Shown here piece by piece: positions 60,768 to 64,000 of a stretch of 64,000 bases of DNA (position 1 is its first letter; each line of letters begins with the position of its first letter). The stretch comes from Lama glama (lineage: Eukaryota): the NCBI GenBank assembly GCA_028534125.1, contig CM052816.1:41232001-41296000 (forward strand). The letters run 5' to 3'. Both the position numbers and the translations under genes were made by a program. Under the pieces are notes generated by a model, which ran no database searches, had not been told where the DNA came from, and saw only the letters and a program-made list of their open reading frames with translations.

Positions 60768-62494
60768 GTGCCTTCCATCAATACCCTTGGACTTGGCCAG
60801 GAGAAGTGACATGAATTATAGTGCCCCATTATGTTCCTGAACCTGGGAACTGCCCCATCGTGACATCCCCAGGACACTCATCTGTTCCCTCAAACAGACA
60901 GTGCTGAATCACCCACATTACACTATTGCTGCCTTTGAAGAATAATTTTTCATAGCCTGTCTCATCCTTATATACACCTGACAATCACACTTTATTTCTC
61001 TATCATAGCAGTTGCCACCTACTGTACAATGGTCTGATTCCTTGCTTATCCCTACCCCTTGCTAGATTGTGAACTCCTATATCGCATCTCTCATTTCTGT
61101 TTTCCCAGAAATCACCCAGGTCCTGATGCAGAATAGACTTAACAGATAATCACATAATGAGTAAGTGAAATACAGAATATGCTTAGGATCTTCCTAACTA
61201 GATCTTGTTCCAAAGCTGGTATACTGAATGGTCTGAGATTTCTTTTCATACAAAGAATAAATCAGCTGGGAATAAAGTAACAGGATGTTTATTTAGGCTG
61301 AATGGTTGTAACAAAATTACCTCCAAAATATTGAGTTCGTTTACAAATTGAATCTCTGTTACAGATGTGTATCGCAATTACTGCTCAGAAACCAAATGGA
61401 TTTAGGCTCTAATTTATTCTTTGTCATGAACTATCAATGTGACATTAAGTTTTATTTTGTGTGACTTAATTTCCTCTTTTAAATATTGGTGAAATAATAC
61501 AAACTGCATAGAATGTTGTACTAATGAGATAACATATTAAACAATAGTGCAAAGATTAGTTGTATCTATGTAGTAGGAAAATGTATTATGTGAGATTTTG
61601 TTTTAATACAGAAAAGTGTTATCAACTAGCAACCCAACGCTTCAATATTTATAAAACCACCCACAATTATAGAAATAAATGGTTAACCATATGCATATTA
61701 ATCTATTTAATGAAAACACATTTTATAATTCAATTTATTTTACATTCATTGCACCATTTAAAGAAGACACATTTAATAATTCCTTAAATTTAATAGTGCA
61801 TTACGTCCTTATAAAAGAAACTTAAAATTAACACATGAAAGCTAGGAAATAGAAATTATGGCTACTATTCCAAAATCTGAAAAAAAAAAAGGAACATTCA
61901 AAAATCAAATTAGAAGAATAAAAATTTTAAAGCAGCATTAAATATTCAGGTCTGCTTTCAGTATTCAAAAAATAACGTCTTTTCTTAGCTAATTTGTCCA
62001 AATGAGTTTTCATATGTAGAATATTAAGTTATCCTCCAGTTTGGTTCAGATGGGATTACAACTGGTATAAAATGAAAACTAGTATGCTGAATACATATTC
62101 AGAGCCCAAAAGACTTCATCAGTATTATGGAATAACTGACTGTATAACCATCAACATACACCAAAAGGAATTCTTTCCACCAGCTATAAACAGCTCTGCA
62201 AAGAAATTATGAAAATAATTATAATATTGGAAGAAAGCATTTGAATCCAACAGTTTTAAAAAAGACTGTACATTTTACCAAGTTTATAAAATACATACAA
62301 ATTGTGGACTTTGACCTTGTCAAGCTTTAAATTCTTCAGTACCTCTAATGCTTAGACACCCATAGTCAGTGTCATTCCTAATGTGCAGCTCCTAACGGTG
62401 AAATTTCTACTGTCCTTTTTACCTGCCTCCATGCCCTACTGCTCAGCTTCCCAGGCTTTCCATCTTGTCTCCCTTGCTCAAATCTTGTGACCCA

Positions 62495-62705
62495 GCTTAT
62501 TGCAGGATTAACGTAGTGCCAGGCCCTGTGCTAAGTCCTTTCCGTGCATTATCCCAAATCACCTTCATCACAAGCCTAGGGGGAAATGAAATGTCATGCC
62601 ATGTGAAAACCGAGGCTTAAATAACTTTCCCAACATTCAGACATTTGCTAAGTAAGTGGTGGAGGCCCGGCATAGCCGAAGTCCACACTCTTAATCAGCA
62701 CTCCG
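62495..62705 (-). mobile_element. MIR
   Basis: gtgccaggccctgtgctaagtcctttccgtgcattatc, gaaaaccgaggctt.aataactttccca, gtccacactcttaatca. Confidence 0.75.
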
Positions 62706-63276
62706 TGATTTTCAAATTTTTTCTTAGCTTTAGATACAAAATCTCATTCAGAAGCTCAATGTGTACAATAGATAAACTTGAATCAAACCTGTTTGGTTGA
62801 ATGAAGGTGAGAGCTTGAAGATCTAAACCCCCACCTTCAAAAGGAATGCCAACGAGACCAGATTAAAAAGCACTGCTCTCAATCTTTCCTTCACTCCAAG
62901 TATATCTGACTGGGCCAGTTCCTTCCCCAGGCATCAATCTGAAACTGTTGATTCCTTCAATGGGATATGCAGGAAACGCCTCCTGGGCCTGTTTCACAGC
63001 TCCCTTCAACCTAGAGCTGTGGGGCAGAGTTCAGGCACCTGACTCTTTCATGTTTCTACCAAGCCCCAGAATCTTTTCCACCATTGTGGGAGTGCACGAA
63101 ATCTGCCTGCAAGCAAAACCCAGAAGGCACAGGAAGTTACTGCATCCAGGGCAAACATCAAGCAGTAAAGGACAGGATTGGATGGACGAAAGTGAAACAG
63201 CACGTAAAACAATGACCAGTTTAAACTGGTTTCGCCTCCTTAAATAAGTTGCTGATTAATCAAACCTTGAGTTATT

Positions 63277-63655
63277 TTACAGAGATAGGAATGCCCAAGA
63301 GCAGGACAGGAACCCATATCTCCAGGATGACCCCAGAACCAAGACCTTAAAGAATAGAAATGTTGCAACCACAGCCCTTTATGAAACAAGTCCTTCAATA
63401 AGGAAAACCTGGCTCCCAGCAGCCCAAGTAGCTTATATGGACCGATTCAAGATTAGTCAGTTAGCTTCCAAATCTGAAATTACCCTAACTCCTTAAAGTT
63501 TGCCCCAAACCCTGGATCAGGGAGACAAACTTGAGAGACTTGCATCCTGTCTCCTTGCCTGTCAACCTCACAATGAAGCTCTTTCTTTTCTCAAAGGCTG
63601 GTGCCACAAAATTAGTTTCTATGTACCGCAGGCCATGAGCCCTGGCTCAATAACA
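63277..63655 (+). mobile_element. ERV1-class solo LTR (MER89/MER90-like)
   Basis: R/U5 gggagacaaacttgag..tcctgtctccttgc..caatgaagctctttcttttctcaaaggctggtgcca.., ending gctcaataaCA. The 5' end is approximate. Confidence 0.7.
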
Positions 63656-64000
63656 AAATCTCCATCCTCCTGTTTCCCAGATTAGACTTCCCACATGTCA
63701 AGGCCCTGTGGCCCGAGGCAGCAATCTCAATAATACACCCTATGTTGACTTCTCCCCTTTTCTCTCTACTCTCCCTACTTGCTCACTCGAATCCTGGTAT
63801 CATCTCACAAGTTAACTGCCTCACCCCAGTCTTCACCTGGAATCCTCACTCAAGTCAGGATATGCTGAAGTCTCTGGGCACCCTTAAAACCAAAGGAATC
63901 AGCACCAGGTGCCACCGTAACTGGACCATGAGAGAGCTGTTCTGGTGCTTCCCCGTCATTCTTAACATCCTTCTCCCCTCTTCTCAACTGCCTCGCTAAT

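Noticed and set aside
1..64000. A novel multi-gene biological system, or a named host gene
   Set aside because: No intact protein-coding gene set is visible and I do not recognise the microexon peptide, so naming a gene or system would be unsupported.

Overview
AT-rich, CpG-depleted mammalian genomic DNA, not microbial. It is almost certainly camelid (alpaca/llama/camel), because it carries four tRNA-Ala-derived SINEs of the camelid vic-1 type. The window is essentially non-coding and looks like long introns of a minus-strand gene that I cannot name. The only convincing coding candidate is a 36-nt microexon (56871-56906, minus strand), and all five young LINE-1 3' ends point the opposite way. 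The rest is a mosaic of transposon relics (young and old L1, L2, MIR, ERV1 and MaLR/ERVL solo LTRs, hAT and Tigger MITEs) plus a 500-N scaffold gap flanked by a 246-bp inverted duplication. No ORF in the supplied track is a credible protein gene. I found no intact rRNA or tRNA gene, no CRISPR array, and no evidence for a new multi-gene system. The most notable structures are a young CpG-rich 338-bp solo LTR with a triplicated NRF1/AP-1 enhancer, a MER41-like LTR with a STAT GAS site, a target site apparently hit twice by L1, a twin-primed inverted L1, a three-level nested insertion, and several minus-strand microexon or recursive-splice motifs. Repeat subfamily names come from recalled consensus motifs, and the boundaries of old repeats are approximate.
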